The notes beneath the pieces are model-generated. The model ran no database searches and was not told the DNA's origin. It was given only the letters and a program-made list of their open reading frames with translations. This document shows, in pieces, positions 26,868 to 41,348 of a stretch of 64,000 nucleotides of DNA. Source of the DNA: the human T2T-CHM13v2.0 reference genome, Homo sapiens; NCBI RefSeq assembly GCF_009914755.1, contig NC_060931.1. One strand, given 5' to 3'. A program made the translations under genes and the position numbers. The first letter of the stretch is position 1. Every line of letters begins with the position of its first letter.

Positions 26868-27993
26868 ATAACTACTCAAGGGGTCCTAAATCCCTGAGCT
26901 GTTTAATCCCTTCATTTAGCATCCGCCACAGCAACTCAGGCACTTCAATCTCACTCACCCGGGGTCATGACTTTTTCCAGGCTTCTAATAGAAATCCAAG
27001 CAACAAATTTGTATTAATATCATCTCCTTTTTTGTGTGAGGATGTTCAATCCTATATTTAGTGAGGGTGTCTCCAAGTCAATAAATTCCTCCTTATTCAG
27101 TTTACAGTCACACCTCTTTGAGTACATTCAGGATCCAGTTTCACAAGCACTTCCTGGGCTCCTCTGTATTTGTCTGCTGCATGCCTTATCTCCTTTGTGG
27201 GTATAGTTTATGTCCTCCTTCATTAGCCCCCCACACTTCTTAGATGCATTAACCTTGGCTATGGGTCTGATGGCCAGGTGAGGAGACTGGGGAAGCTCCT
27301 GAGAAAATATGTTGTTTTGTGTGGAAGGATGGGAGAAATTTCTGTATAGTCTTTACACATAGGATGAGTGCTAGTTCTTAGTGGAGAAGAGTGAGACCAT
27401 TCTGTACGTTGAGAGGATTCAAAGGATGGTGGGGAGTCAGTATCAACTGGGTTCCCCTTGTCCCTCTACCACGCGACAGTATCCCAGTATTACTTGACTA
27501 TGGACCTGACTTTGGCATGAGAGCCCTGCCTTGAACATTTAACTGCCTTTGAAGTTTAGCATCTCTGACTACTAAATACTGGTCTTGAGCTTCATTTTTT
27601 TCTGCTTGCCCATTTTATGAGAAGTGAGCTTCTTGTTAGCTATCAAACAAACTCTCTTGCTCTCACACTTAGCTTGTAATTATTTGTTAATTTCTCTCAG
27701 CCTTTTATATCCATCTTTAGGGAAGCAATGAACTTAGTAAAAATAATTTAATTCCATTATGGTTCTATTTACCAATTCCCCTTTACAGTTCAAATGCCTG
27801 AATCCTCACTGTATTCAGGGAACAGCCCTCCCCCACCATAGTCTCCCAGGTGGCCACTGGTGAACGTTTTAACAATTGGTTGTCCATGCTCCACTTGCCA
27901 CTCAGGATGAAGTCTACATTGCTAGCTGAGGAGTGAGTAACAGTCCCATATCCCATCTTAATGCCTGTCTTCTCGGGCCATTCCTGGTAAAAT

Positions 27994-28385
27994 TGTGCCC
28001 CCTAAGTTATCTGGAAATCAGATACTGCAACAAAGTTGGTAATGCAAAAAGTATCCCGGAGAGTAAACTCATGAAAGAAAAAGGAAGTAAGAAAGAGGCA
28101 AGCAAAGTAGTACCCAACACTAAGAATGTCTCTGCCAGCCTGGTAGGGATCTCTGGAGGAAAGATTTATGTTAGAGAAAAGCTGAGTTGGTTACAGTCCA
28201 TTTTACTTAGCTTTAATCAGTCTTTGGCTGGGAGCCAATGTAAGTGATTAAACTTGGCTCAGGAGCTAAGTCAGACCTTGAAGGAACTAACAGCTGAGGT
28301 TATCAGCTAACCACACTCTCCACAGCTGAGCAGTGAGTCTCTTCTAAAAAGAGGATCTGTAGGCAACATCATCATTTCTGCCAAA
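27994..28385 (-). mobile_element. LTR16-like ERVL LTR (5' LTR of the adjacent internal segment)
   Basis: gaaggaactaacagctgaggttatcagctaaccacactctccacagctg...aagaggatctg resembles antisense LTR16. Confidence 0.6.
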
Positions 28386-28969
28386 GCTCTTATAAAGTAT
28401 TACTCTTTATGTTGATTTTTGAATCTGTTTCTGCTTGTGACAGTAAATCTAGAACTGGAAGCTTCAAATGTTGCCCTTGCTGAAAGTGCTCTTCACCTCT
28501 TCTAGGTAAAAATAGACACATATGGCAGTTACCTGGCAATGCTACACTGCAAGAGAAAGGGCCTTAAAAGAAAATACATTCCCATTTGTACTGATTAAGT
28601 CATTATCTTACTGATTTTAGTTCTATGTGTTCTCCTCTAGCCTCTTATTTGCCTTTCCATGCATTTAATCCTTGATTTCAGGGAGAACGCAGAGTTTCAA
28701 ATAAAAGGATTGAATGATGTTAACACATCTTACATAGGAGATATTAATTAAGCATTTTAAGTATTTTTAAATAAAAACACAATAGACATTTCAAATGAGA
28801 AATACATTACTTATTTGAGGAAGTCTCCATGGAGAAATCCTCATAATTAGACACCTAGAATATGTTTTTCTGTCCAGATCACTGTAGTTCAGGCAAGGTG
28901 GTAATTTAGGACTGGACTGTTAAATTTCACTTTTTAATTTACCCTTTATGAAAAAATAGATTTACCCCC

Positions 28970-29356
28970 TTTGGCTCAGTGTACTTATTCAAATCTCATC
29001 TCAAATTGTAATCCTCACGTGTCAGGAGAGTGGCTTGGTGGGAGGCAATTGAATTATGGGGTGGACTTTTCCTTTGCTGTTCTCATGATAGTGAGTGAGT
29101 TCTCACAAGATCTGGTTGTTTGAAAGTGTGTATACTTCCTCCTATGCTCTCTCTCTCTCTCCTGCAATGCCATGGTAAGATATGCTTGCTTCCTCTGTGC
29201 CTTCCTCCATGACCGTAAGTTTCCTGAGGCCTTCCAGCCATGCTTACTGTACAGCATGCTTACTGTACAGAAGTGTGAGTCAATTAAGCCGTTTTTCTTC
29301 ATAAATTACCCAGTCTTAGATAGTTCGTTATAGCAGTATGCGAACAGACTAATACA
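28970..29356 (+). mobile_element. MSTA-like MaLR LTR
   Basis: caaatctcatctcaaattgtaatcc...gtaagtttcctgaggcc...agactaataca; internal 16-bp tandem duplication catgcttactgtacag. Confidence 0.88.
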
Positions 29357-30277
29357 AATATTGCAGAAAATCTAACTCTTAAAGGCTTCTAGAAGCACAG
29401 CATTTAATTATATCACTTCCATTTACTTCAACATTTATTATCCTTGTTAATTAAAGCATTTTCCCTAAGACTTCTGTTTGCCAACCATGTGTTCCTCTGG
29501 CTGAAAGTGCCCTATATTCTTGAAGATAAAAATATTTAATAAAAATATTGTATAGAACAGTCATGTTACTACCAATTTGCTCCCCCCACCAGGTGTGCAA
29601 CATATACTTGAAAATATTTTCACTTAAAAGTTATGTAAATAATATATTTTACCAATCCACATTGGTCTTTTTCAATGCACTATGACTTTATTTGTGTGTT
29701 TGAAACTCTCAAGGTTGACCTAGCATAAACAAAAAGACAACTTTATTATGGAAGTGATGGTGGAAAAAATTGCTATTTAAAATAACCATTGTCTAAAAGA
29801 TGAGCACTGTTAAATTAATTTCTTTTCTACAGAGTTCTTTGATGGATTTGAAAATGCAAATCTGGGCTTCGAGCTGAATTTCAAAGCACTGTTCTGAGGA
29901 TAATTTATAGTTCTTTTGGAAAGAAGATGAAAGAGGGAGATGGGATAGAGGAAGATAAGGAGTCAGCAGTATGGGGGAAGGTGCAATTCTAAGTGGGGGC
30001 CACAGGGTCAGTGAAAAAATCCTGGAATGGGGTTACCAGAAGTTTAATGATAAAAATTATGTAGTTTCTATTTCTTTATTGTAAATCCTATTGTGACTCC
30101 TTTAAATCTTCAGTAGAATCTATTATACACACAAATAACTAGTTTTGGAGTCAGAGTATTTTCTTATAGTTGTGAAGTTTACTTAATTGTTTGAAATAAT
30201 TATGGAAAGAGATTGAAGCTGAATTCCATGATTGGACTGATACAAATCAGAGAAGGACATCATTAGTTAGAAATATT

Positions 30278-30804
<527 letters not shown>

Positions 30805-31211
30805 TTAAGTCCATTAGCTAGATATCTTTAAAAATTTCTAGCCATTAGGTCTTAAGTGGTGGATGATCCCGTTAAAATGTCAGTTGCACAATACTGAAAT
30901 CCAAGGCCTCAGTAATAGTGGAACGAGAAACTCCAAATTCTAGAAGAGTTTCCTCAATGGCTCACTCCTCTCAGTTTCTGTGGGTACATTAGTTTTTACT
31001 CATCTTATTGAAGACGTGCTTTCTTCACAATTTAGAAAACGCAGCTTCTAACAGCTACCTGAAAGTAATGATTAAACTTGCTGAATTCCTAATCACAAAA
31101 TACTAGGTAAAGGCAGGCTTATGCTTGACCCAGATCACTTCAAATGACCTCCTCTCCACCAGCCAACTGTGCCATTGTATGCTTTGCATTATAGATTAGT
31201 GTAAGGATTTT

Positions 31212-31518
31212 TATTTTAATTAATTAATTAATTTTTGAGAAGGTCTTACTCTATCACCAAGGCTAGAGTGCAGTGGTGTGATCATGGCTCATTGCAGCCT
31301 TGACCCCCTGGGCCCAACTGATCCTCCCACCTCAGCATTTGTGAGTAGCTGGGATTATAGGTGTGTGCCACCACACCCAGCTAATTTTATTATTATTTTT
31401 TAGAGATGAGGTCCCACTATGTTGTCCAGGCTGATCCTGAACTCCTGGGCTCAAGCAGTTTTCCTGCTTCAGTATCCCAAAGTGCTGGGATTTGCAGCTG
31501 TGAGCCACCATGCCTGAT
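31212..31518 (-). mobile_element. AluJ
   Basis: Diverged dimer; AAGGATTTT on both flanks (31203-31211, 31520-31528). Confidence 0.9.
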
Positions 31519-32349
31519 GAAGGATTTTGTTTTTAAAGCATCAGCATTTTTAGATATATTATTTCTCCTTTCTTACGGTCATTCATTTATTCTTTTGATA
31601 TATGGAGTTGGGGACACTGCATGCCCCCAAAGGCAATAGGTGTTTTAATCTACTGGCTATAGAATATTATAAACTGCCTTTTTCAATCACAAATCATGTC
31701 AACTTTGAAAAATAACACCTACTAAAATAATTTGGGGACATGGCAGCAAATAATTAATAAAACAATTGAGACGGGAAGAATGCACTTATTGTAGTCAGGA
31801 TTAGTTGATTGATGACAGAGCAAATTTTTTTTTCATGAAAAATTAATGTAGACTCCCAAAAGACCATCTGGAAAGTGTTCTCTGGATGTTTACCTGTGTA
31901 TTTTGAGTTTAATAACAATTCTCAATATCTTTTAATTAATCCCATCTGTCAAATGATGTTGAAGATAGGCAAATAAATGGAATCTCTTCAAGGACAGTTT
32001 GGCTTTAGTGACTAACTAAGGATTTCATTTACTTAGAAAAAGAGGCTTGCAAATGTGGTATATAATAATTTTCAATAGTTCTTTCTTAAATCCAACAGAA
32101 TATAGACTACTTAGGATATGTTTGAATATATGTATAATTGTGAGAATGCGTATGTATGTAAATATCCTTTATAGGTGTTATTTCCGACCTTCATCACCAA
32201 TGTTGTGTTCATAGGCCATGTAAACAAAACAGTATCTGCTTGTTCTTCTTTCTTAGCTATGTTTCTATTGGAGAGGGATGAATAAGGACAATAACTCTTT
32301 TTTCTTTGCATTGTTCTTATAATTATTTCATTATTTTTGCAGTGTTGTT

Positions 32350-32755
32350 ACCATATGTTGAAGTAAGTAATTAATTCTAAAATCTTAGTGGCTTAACTTA
32401 ACAAGTTCTTTTTTTTGGCCCATGAAACATATACAGTGCAAATTAGTAGCTGGAATTTTGTGGGGATTTGGATCCTCAGTCAGGGACCCTCGCTGACAGA
32501 GGCTCCATCACCTTCTATGTGAACTGTCTGGAAGATGTGGCCTTTCCCATTCATGCAATAGGTGAAGAGACACAAGACAGTCTTGCACTGGTAATTAAGT
32601 ACTTTGCTCTGGAAGTATTTAATAACCAGTCTTCTGGAGAAGACATGTGTGATTTCATTGGCCAGAACTAGTCACATGACCTCACCTAAATGCAAAAAGA
32701 TTTGGAAGTATAAGAGAGCACATGAAATAATCAGTGGGCTGACTCATTGCCATAC
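32350..32755 (-). mobile_element. Old MLT1 (J/K/L-like) LTR
   Basis: aatcttagtggcttaa; gctgacagaggctccatc; atttcattggccagaactagtcacatgacc. Confidence 0.65.
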
Positions 32756-32797
32756 TATATTCCAGAATTATATATTTGTTGAGCAAGAGAAAATTTT

Positions 32798-33056
32798 AAA
32801 CAATTTATTATTACACTTTAAGTTCTGGGGTGCATGTGCACAACGTGCAAGTTTGTTACATAGGTATACATGTGCCGTGTTGGTTTGCTGCACTCATCAA
32901 CTCCTATTTTTCCTAATGCTATCCCTACCCCAGCCCCCCACCCCCGACAGGCCCCAGCATGTGATGTTCCCCTCCCTGTGTCCATGTGTTCTAGTTGTTC
33001 AACTCCCACTTATGAATGAGAACATGTGGTGTTTGGCTTTTTTCTTCTTGTGTTAC
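32798..33056 (-). mobile_element. Short L1PA 3' end (about 260 bp)
   Basis: Antisense L1PA 3'UTR; TSD TTGAGCAAGAGAAA(A)TTTT (32779-32797, 33057-33074) at a TTTT/AA site. Confidence 0.92.
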
Positions 33057-34262
33057 TTGAGCAAGAGAAATTTTAATGAAACCAAGTGAAACATTAAATA
33101 AACTCTGCCCTTTTCTTTTTACTCCAAGGACACAGCACGTGTAATATGTAAGATGATATCATATTTAGACTCTTAATTCAATGTCTGCCTGATTTTTATT
33201 CTGCACATACTGCTCTTCTTCCCTTTAACAGTCTTCAGCTTGTAAGTTATATGTGGATTACTCAATGTGCCAAAGACAATTGATTCAATGTGCTGAGAGC
33301 TCTAAGGTAACTCTTCCTAGAGAAAATAAATATATTAAAACCCACATGAAACAAAACACAAGTCATTGTTTTTGTAATGTAAAGTTAATTTCTGATTGAG
33401 AACTTATTGTGTAGGGTAAAAAACAAACCACAGTTTCTGTACCTTTTTGACTCCTCCAGCACTTTACTGTAAACTACCTCTCTTTAGTCAACTTTGCCCC
33501 AAGTGACCCATATTAGAGCTGAGACGGATTAAAAACCAAATGAGATGTTGGTGAACTACAACAGTAATCAGAGATAACAAGTAGCATTAACATTGTGGAA
33601 AACATCCAGTATTCTTTTGAAAATTGATTAATTAACATAATACCTAAGTTTATTCTTTTCATTTAGTAACAATTTAAGGAGTGCTCTGAAAAGGATATGC
33701 CAATTTTAGCAGGTACAAAATGTCTAGCTATGTAATAAAATATCACAAACGGGTCCTGAATTAGATTCAGTAGCAATTGAGATTGCATGCAGGGACAGAC
33801 ATATTCTTTGGTGGGGACTCCTGCAGAGAGTCTCATTTATGATAGATCAGAATTATTTTTGCTTCATTCACATACAAATGCATACTTATATGACAGTCTA
33901 GGAAAGGACTTTGTGGAACAAGGTCTGGATGCATTTCTCCTGGTGCCTGTTTTTTACAAGTTTATTTTAAACATCTAACTCACTGTTGTGGGCTCTTAGA
34001 GATGAACCATCTGTCACAAACCAGAATCAACATTTATTGTAACTTATTAAGAAAGGAAAAGTTGCTGGCAAAAAACCATTTAAAGTGTAAAGTTGGATAT
34101 TGAAGACTTTATTTCCCACAGAGCCTTTTAAAAATCTGATTAGATGTTCATCTGAGAAAATGGTTCTGACTTTTGCGAATAGGTAATGATCTCATATGGC
34201 AGAATCACTGACAAGGTGAGGAATGCATGGGGAAGGAAGGAAAACAGAGGAGCACAGCACAT

Positions 34263-34263
<1 letters not shown>

Positions 34264-34313
<50 letters not shown>

Positions 34314-34350
34314 CAGAGAGAGAGAGACAAAGAGAGAGAAAGATACAGAA
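34264..34350. repeat. Compound (CT)n(GT)n(GA)n microsatellite
   Basis: Directly visible. Confidence 0.93.
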
Positions 34351-34351
34351 A

Positions 34352-34419
34352 GGAAGGAAGGAAGGAAGGAAGGAAGGAAGGAAGGAAGGAAGGAAGGAAG
34401 GAAGGAAGGAAGGAAGGAA
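34352..34419 (+). repeat. (GGAA)17 perfect tetranucleotide repeat
   Basis: 68 uninterrupted bases, counted by hand. Confidence 0.95.
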
Positions 34420-34506
34420 GGGGGCTGCATCTCCTGGGGGTTGTGCCAGTACAGGGAGGATGCAGTTTCTTCAGATGGCAGCAGAGTGTGGTATTGAAAC
34501 CAATGA

Positions 34507-34882
<376 letters not shown>

Positions 34883-36235
34883 GGTGGATTCATATGACCA
34901 ACTCTTTTAATGAAATCAGCAAAAGGGTTAACATGGTGCCTTTCAAGGAGATGAATCAAGATCTTAATTTAAACACAAGAGCAGAGACAAGGCAGATAGA
35001 CAATCTTAAAACTTGCTAGAAGTTAGTATGGAGATTGGTAGAACTTGTTCAGAGAGTGCCAGATTTGCTCAAGGTAATATATCTGTAGTCTTAAATTACA
35101 TTTTCTTAAGTTTCCAAATGGAAGGTAAGTCTCAAACTGATCTGGGTTACACAGACATTAAATATTGCATCACGCTTTATTGCTTAAGGTAAGCACCAGG
35201 TAAAGTGACTAATCATATAACATATTCTTAGGAATTAGGGGATTCCTACAGTTTTTGAGAATAGATGAGGGCCTTTAAATGGTGGCAGGAAAAAAACCAG
35301 GATTTTGGACCAGTCACTAAGATGCTAAAAAACACAATTTAATAAGGTGTCTTACATTTATTTTCAAATCCCCACATTTCCAAAATTCTCAAGTTATAGG
35401 TTTTTACTTTTAAATACATCCTCTTCTTTTAAATATTTTTCTTTCGATTCACTTTAATCATGAGTTAACTATATTCAACTGTCATCCTCAAATCCCACAT
35501 CTACAAGGCATGTATTACCAATTACTCTATTGTTGTAGATGAATACATGTGACTAAAGTATTCTGAAATTTATATGCACCCACAATATATCACTTAAAAA
35601 TTAATGCCAATTCACATAAAATCCAATCTCATTTTAGTTGTTAAGAAAATCTTGAAAACTTGGTACATTTAAAGAAAAACTTGAGGAAATTTAACGTCTG
35701 AGAGACTGTGTAGTCTTTTCTAATGTGTTATTTTAAATATTATCTTGACCTTTTAATTATTCTCTAGTATATCAGGCCTACTTAGAGCATCATAAGATTT
35801 ACTTGTTGATTTTAGTCAGTGTTGATCAGATCAGTCGTTTACATTTAAGCCATGTCTGCTTTTGATAAACATGCAAACCTAATTTCTTTCATAATTTAGT
35901 TTTGAATACATTCTTCTCAGTGACATCTCTGATATTTTCCCACCCCAAGAATCTCTAAAAGGTAGAAACTAGTCTACCTTTGGTCTCTACTACCATAAAA
36001 TAAAATGTCTTTGAGCTTTACTTCCTGTAGTTTACATTATATATTTTTAAAAGTTTCATTTTCCAAATACATAAACAGGTGGTTGGTGAGGAAGAATCTG
36101 AGAAGGATGAGCTATTGTGTCCCTGATCTCTTTTATGAAGCTCCAGTGTCAGTTATCATCCATTGCTTCTGGGGAAAAACAATGCATGTATGAGTTTTTT
36201 GTTCGTATGTTTTCTTCGAAATGATACAGCTTTAC

Positions 36236-36749
36236 TGTGGGGAGACCAGAGGATATAATGACACATTCCCTCCCTTAATTAGATTACACTATGTGGCCAG
36301 AGTAATGGGATAGTAATTTCCCTGACTACATTGTATTATATAAGACTTGTTCTAAAGTTAGAAATTCCACATGAGAGAAACATTCTCTTGCTGCTGCAAA
36401 GAAGCAAACAGCTGTATCCTGAAAGGGGTCATGTGGCAAGAAGATGTGAGTGACCTCTAGGAGTGGACAGGAGCCCCTGGTGACATCCAGCAGGTGAAGT
36501 CTTCAATCCTACAATTCAAGGAACTAAATTCTGCCAACAACCAATGAGATAGGAAGAGGACCCCAAATCTCAGATGATGTTACAGCCCTGACCTGCCTGC
36601 ATCTTGATTGTAGCTTAGTGGGATGCTGAGCAGAAGATTTTATTAAAATATACCAGACTCTTGACCCACAGAATCATGGCATTAATTTGAAATAATAAAT
36701 GTGTGTTGCGAGTACTAATTTGTTATGCAGAAACAGAAAACTAAGATCA
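36236..36749 (+). mobile_element. MLT1E/F-like MaLR LTR
   Basis: caaggaactaaattctgccaacaacc; aataataaatgtgtgttg; aatttgttatgcag...aaaactaa. Confidence 0.8.
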
Positions 36750-37200
36750 GTGAAAACATTTGTCCACACAAAACCTATATGTGAATGTTAATATTGCTTT
36801 GAATCAAAATAGCCAGAACTTAGAAGTAACCCAAATATCTATTGGCTGGTGAATAGACAAACAATATATGGTGCATCTTGATAGTGGAACGCTAGTAAGT
36901 AATATAAAGGAACACCCTTCCCACATATTCAAAAACATAAGTAAATCTCAAAGCCTAAATAAAGAAAAAGTAAAGTAGCTAAGTAAAAAAGGACAGCCAT
37001 AAATGGCTTCATACTGTGTAGATGCACTTATATAACATTCTTATAAAAGTAATTCCATCGGGACAGAAAAAACATCAATACTTGAAAGAAGCTAAAGGTA
37101 TGGTTGAGTTGATTGCCTACAAAATGGAAAGAGGAAACTTTTTAGGATGATGAAAACATACTTTATCTTGTTTGTGATGAGTTAAATGTCTATCTGTCAT
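36750..37200 (+). mobile_element. Old L1M 3' fragment
   Basis: gaaaacatttgtccacacaaaaacct; aatagccagaac; ggtgaatagacaaacaa. Confidence 0.7.
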
Positions 37201-38825
37201 CCATCTATCTATTTTTAAACTCACTATATATATATATTTATACATATATAATAGTATGCACAGCAGAAAGAACAGTTAGCCAATCATAAATTTTGTTTTC
37301 TTCATTTCCATTGCTAATATTTATGTTGCAGAAAGAGATTCTGCCTTGATTGGCCGAAAGTCAATGGACTTTATTTGCAATTTCTACGTATATTTAATTC
37401 ATCAAATATTGTGTTTCATGCTTAAATGTTTGGTTAATCACATGTATTCATTTAACAAACTTTGTAGATGTCAAGAACATTTTGATTATGAAATGTACAC
37501 AAAAATAATTTTAATAAGCTTAAAAATTCCAGCTACACATTAACCAAAATTTTCCAATAATCCTATGGATATTTAACACATAGATTTTTAAAAATCCTCA
37601 TATTAAGGATTTCTGGCATATCAATAAACACTTTAGAGTGAGTAGACAATTTATAATACTTTGTTGTAAATAACATAAAATTTGGTTACTAGAAGTCTCA
37701 ATAGCTCCAGTAGTAAATAACAATCTCTTCTTTCAGATTTATAATATATTTAAAAGTTAATATTCTACAAGACTGAAATTCATTTATATTTTTTTAAAAC
37801 AAAGACCCCTTAAAGAGATTTTAAGATATTTTACAGTTCTCAATCAGGATTTGTTTTCACTTGAATGAAATATTTGTGTGTTGTATACAGAGCTAAAATA
37901 TATGCAGTTCTTTATCTCTTAAAATTGTCTTAATATGGATGACAAGTGTTAATGAAACTTTGGTGTCTTTGAGATTAGGTTTTAATAATATGGATTCAAT
38001 TTATTTGCTTTCCAAATAAATTTTCTAGTTGTGGTATTTTCTCCTTAGCATGTAGTCTTTATATTAAATTTATTTCTAGATGACTAAATCTCATAGTGAA
38101 CTGTATTTAATAACCAGTTCAGACAGAATCTATTAAAATGCAATATATATTTAAATATTTAGGTACTGAAGATAAAAATATGCACATTTTAGAGGTGGAC
38201 ACTAATACAAATTTGTATTTTTAATTGCAAAACAAACAGATTTTCATTTTTTTGGTTTCAGGAATGTAAAAGGAAAGTTCATCTTTTCACCTGTAAGACT
38301 TCTATGGGCTTGCCTGTAAATATACACCACTTGTCATTTGAATTGCTGAGAAAAGAAATTCATTCTACAAGCTTCAACAATGGGAGCTTTTCCCCTAATT
38401 AGTAGAATGATGTATCATGATCATTTCAGGTGTTGTATTTGTTAGGCTTTTAAATTTGTCAGCTAAATACTCTCTGTATCTAGTTTACACAGCTGAATTT
38501 TATAAATTATTTGTGCAAATGCTTAGGTTTTTAACAGAAAATTAAAAGGCATTTGGATGTATTTAATTCACTTTCCCAGAAAATATAACATTTTATTTAC
38601 ATCATACAGAGTAACAATAAATATCACTTATGTATATGTATATATGCATGCTCATTTATCCATTGATTGATCTGTCAAGCTATTGATCCATGAATCCATC
38701 CCTTTTGTCTTTTGTATGAAGTGTAAGAGAGGAAGTCTTCCAGGGTGATGTGTAGAAAAGCATAATGAGAATCAGGGAATACAAGAGTATAGATAAACAA
38801 CAAGATAATTTCCTTGCAGACTATA

Positions 38826-39192
38826 TGATATGGTTTGGTTCTGTGTCCCCACCCAAATCTCATTTCAAATTGTAATCCCCACGTGTCGAGGGAGGGACCT
38901 GGTGGGAGGCAACTGGATCATGAGAGTGGTTCCCCCATGCTGTTCTTGTGCTAGTGAGGGAATTCTCACGAGATCTGATGGTTTTTAAAGTGGCTGTTTC
39001 CCCTGTGCTCTCTCTCTCTCCTGCTGCCTTGTGAAGAAGGTACCTGCTTACCCTTCACCTTCTGCTATGATTGTAAGTTTCCTGAGGACTTCCCAGCCAT
39101 GTGGAACTGTGAGTCAGTTAAACCTCTTTTTTTAAATGAATTACCCAGTCTCAGGTAGTATCTTTATAGGAGTGTGAAAATGGACTAATACA
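38826..39192 (+). mobile_element. THE1D-like solo LTR
   Basis: tgatatggtttgg...ggactaataca; 5-bp TSD CTATA (38821-38825, 39193-39197). Confidence 0.93.
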
Positions 39193-41141
39193 CTATATAT
39201 TATCCTAAATAATCTCTGGATAATACTGTGGAATATTTTATTTTAACACCGTCTTTATCCACATTTATTTTCCCTTTGCCCTCTTACTAAAGCTAGTGGG
39301 CATATTATGCAAGGATTTAGCTATGGTCGTGTAAAGAGCTGAAACACAATATTTACTCCAGATGATGGAAGGTCTTGGAAAACTTTTGTGGTTAAGAATT
39401 GTCAAAGAGTTTCTGAGATCTTCTGAAAAGTTATATTTTAAAATAGAGTGCAAATGTTGAAAAATATAAACCCATCATCAGATATGTTTTTTTCTTAGGC
39501 TCCAATAATTGACTCTTTTGGTTTACCAGTTGGGAATGGGTACCTGCATTAAAAACATGAAATTTCCTTTAAAGACAGCTTACAAATAAGAATGTACATT
39601 ACAAACTGGTGTGCTTTTAAACAAAGTTGTCATAACTTAGTTAATGTGAGTATTATGACATAATTTTTCACAGTTAAAAATGTCCACCTTGTGAACAAAA
39701 CAGTCATCATAGTTAATCTTCAGCCCTCCTCATGAGAAAATACTGATTTACAACATGACAGTCATCTAATAAGCATCAACTAAAAACTCTGGTCACTGGA
39801 ATAACTGAGTTGATGAATATATATATATATATATATATATGTATTTCATCTACCTCAACTCTCTAGGTTTTATTCAAAGGCTTATCAACTTTTCTAATTA
39901 AAACATGCAAATAAATAATGTGTAGTGATTATGTCAACCTGTATAAAACTCTTTGCTGCCTTGATTGTTCTACTTATTTGTCCTGTAAAATATATGATAA
40001 AGTGATATTCTCATACAATACATAGATATTAAGGTCTCTAATTAAAGAACAAATCAGTGCTTAATTAAATTCACCTGAAACTTCAATGATTGTTAAATTC
40101 CGATGGCATATATAATAGTGGCATATATAATAATGTCATAGGTGCCTCAGAATGCTAAGTCACATGGTAGTGGCTACCTGTGAGGCCTATTTTTAGTAAG
40201 TGTGCATTCTTTAAATATTAAAAAGAAGAAGTGCTTCTGATAAATGATATTAGGGAAAAAAATTGAGATCATTGTAGATACTTGGCATGCCCCCAAAACT
40301 TCTGAACATGATTGCTATTTCCATTTTATCTTGAGTATGTTTAATCCATAATAAATTTCAGAGGGTGTTATGCAAAGAATCTTGATTGCTGAATACTCTG
40401 AGCCAAAGGGATTTATTTAAAGTGAGGGCACACATGAGTTGGCCTTTTAGTAAAATCATTCAGCATATAGTGTCAAGTTAAGACAAGATATCAATAGCAT
40501 ATAAGCCACTTTTGTGGTGGAGGGCAGGATTACCATTTGCAGGTTGTCTTTCTAATTATTCTGTTCTTTAATAAACAAAATGCTTTACAAATAAACTATT
40601 TCATTTTGATTTCTATTCATGCTAACAGATAATAATTTTTTTGAAAGAGACATTTATTATGAAAACAAATAGGAGAAAAAAAAGATACCTAAAAGACAGA
40701 GGGTACAAACAAATATAATGACCACTTTATTAGTTGAATTATACTAAAGTAAGTTTTCTTAAAAATATATGACATTGTAGGCCTAGGAAACTCATCTTAT
40801 GCTAATATTATGTTGACTGTTGAGTTTTATGGAGCCAGCCAGTAACTTTTGTAGTTTATCTAATGGGTATATTTAATTATAGATTCATAACATACCTATG
40901 TGTGAATGCAGAGAAAATCTGACAGGATAGTAATTTTTAGTTCAAAGGATCTTTATAGTTAAACATGATACATTTCTAAAGATCTGAATTGTAAAGCATA
41001 CATGATAGCTTGCTAAAATACAAATACCCAGGCTTAGGAAATGAAGATATAATTTTACAGAATTTATGTTTCTGAAATTGTTATAACATTAGATGGTACA
41101 CTAAAATAAATTTTCCACATGACTGTAATTTTCCTTTGTAT

Positions 41142-41348
41142 TTCAAACACTTTTAGTGCGTTTTTCTATTACAATAAAAATATGTCTGAAGTAGACAGAT
41201 ACTCCCTTGTTCCCTTAAATAAAGTAGATGCTGTATTTTTGTGCATTAGTACTTCCATTGTGAGTGTCATTTATTGACTGGGGCTGTGAAACAAGAATGC
41301 CCCTGGTGACCCCTAGGGCCTTATAGCCATGATAATGGGCCCCACTTT
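41142..41348 (+). repeat. 207-bp local direct duplication, copy 1
   Basis: Ungapped match to 42834-43040, 187/207 identical by manual alignment. Confidence 0.95.

Larger units (their letters stand above)
24330..27993 (-). mobile_element. Decayed ERVL internal region (HERV16/ERV3-16A3-like) with younger insertions
   Basis: Directly follows an LTR16-like element on the minus strand. 27450-27990 resembles recalled leader/gag motifs (ccaattgttaaaacgttcaccagtgg; gctaagtgtgagagc; atgccaaagtcagg). Left boundary uncertain. Confidence 0.55.

Noticed and set aside
26335-26871. 178-aa ORF
   Set aside because: Read-through from decayed ERVL sequence into antisense THE1; the LPFLKPSDLVR motif recurs in another THE1-derived ORF (5721-5942).
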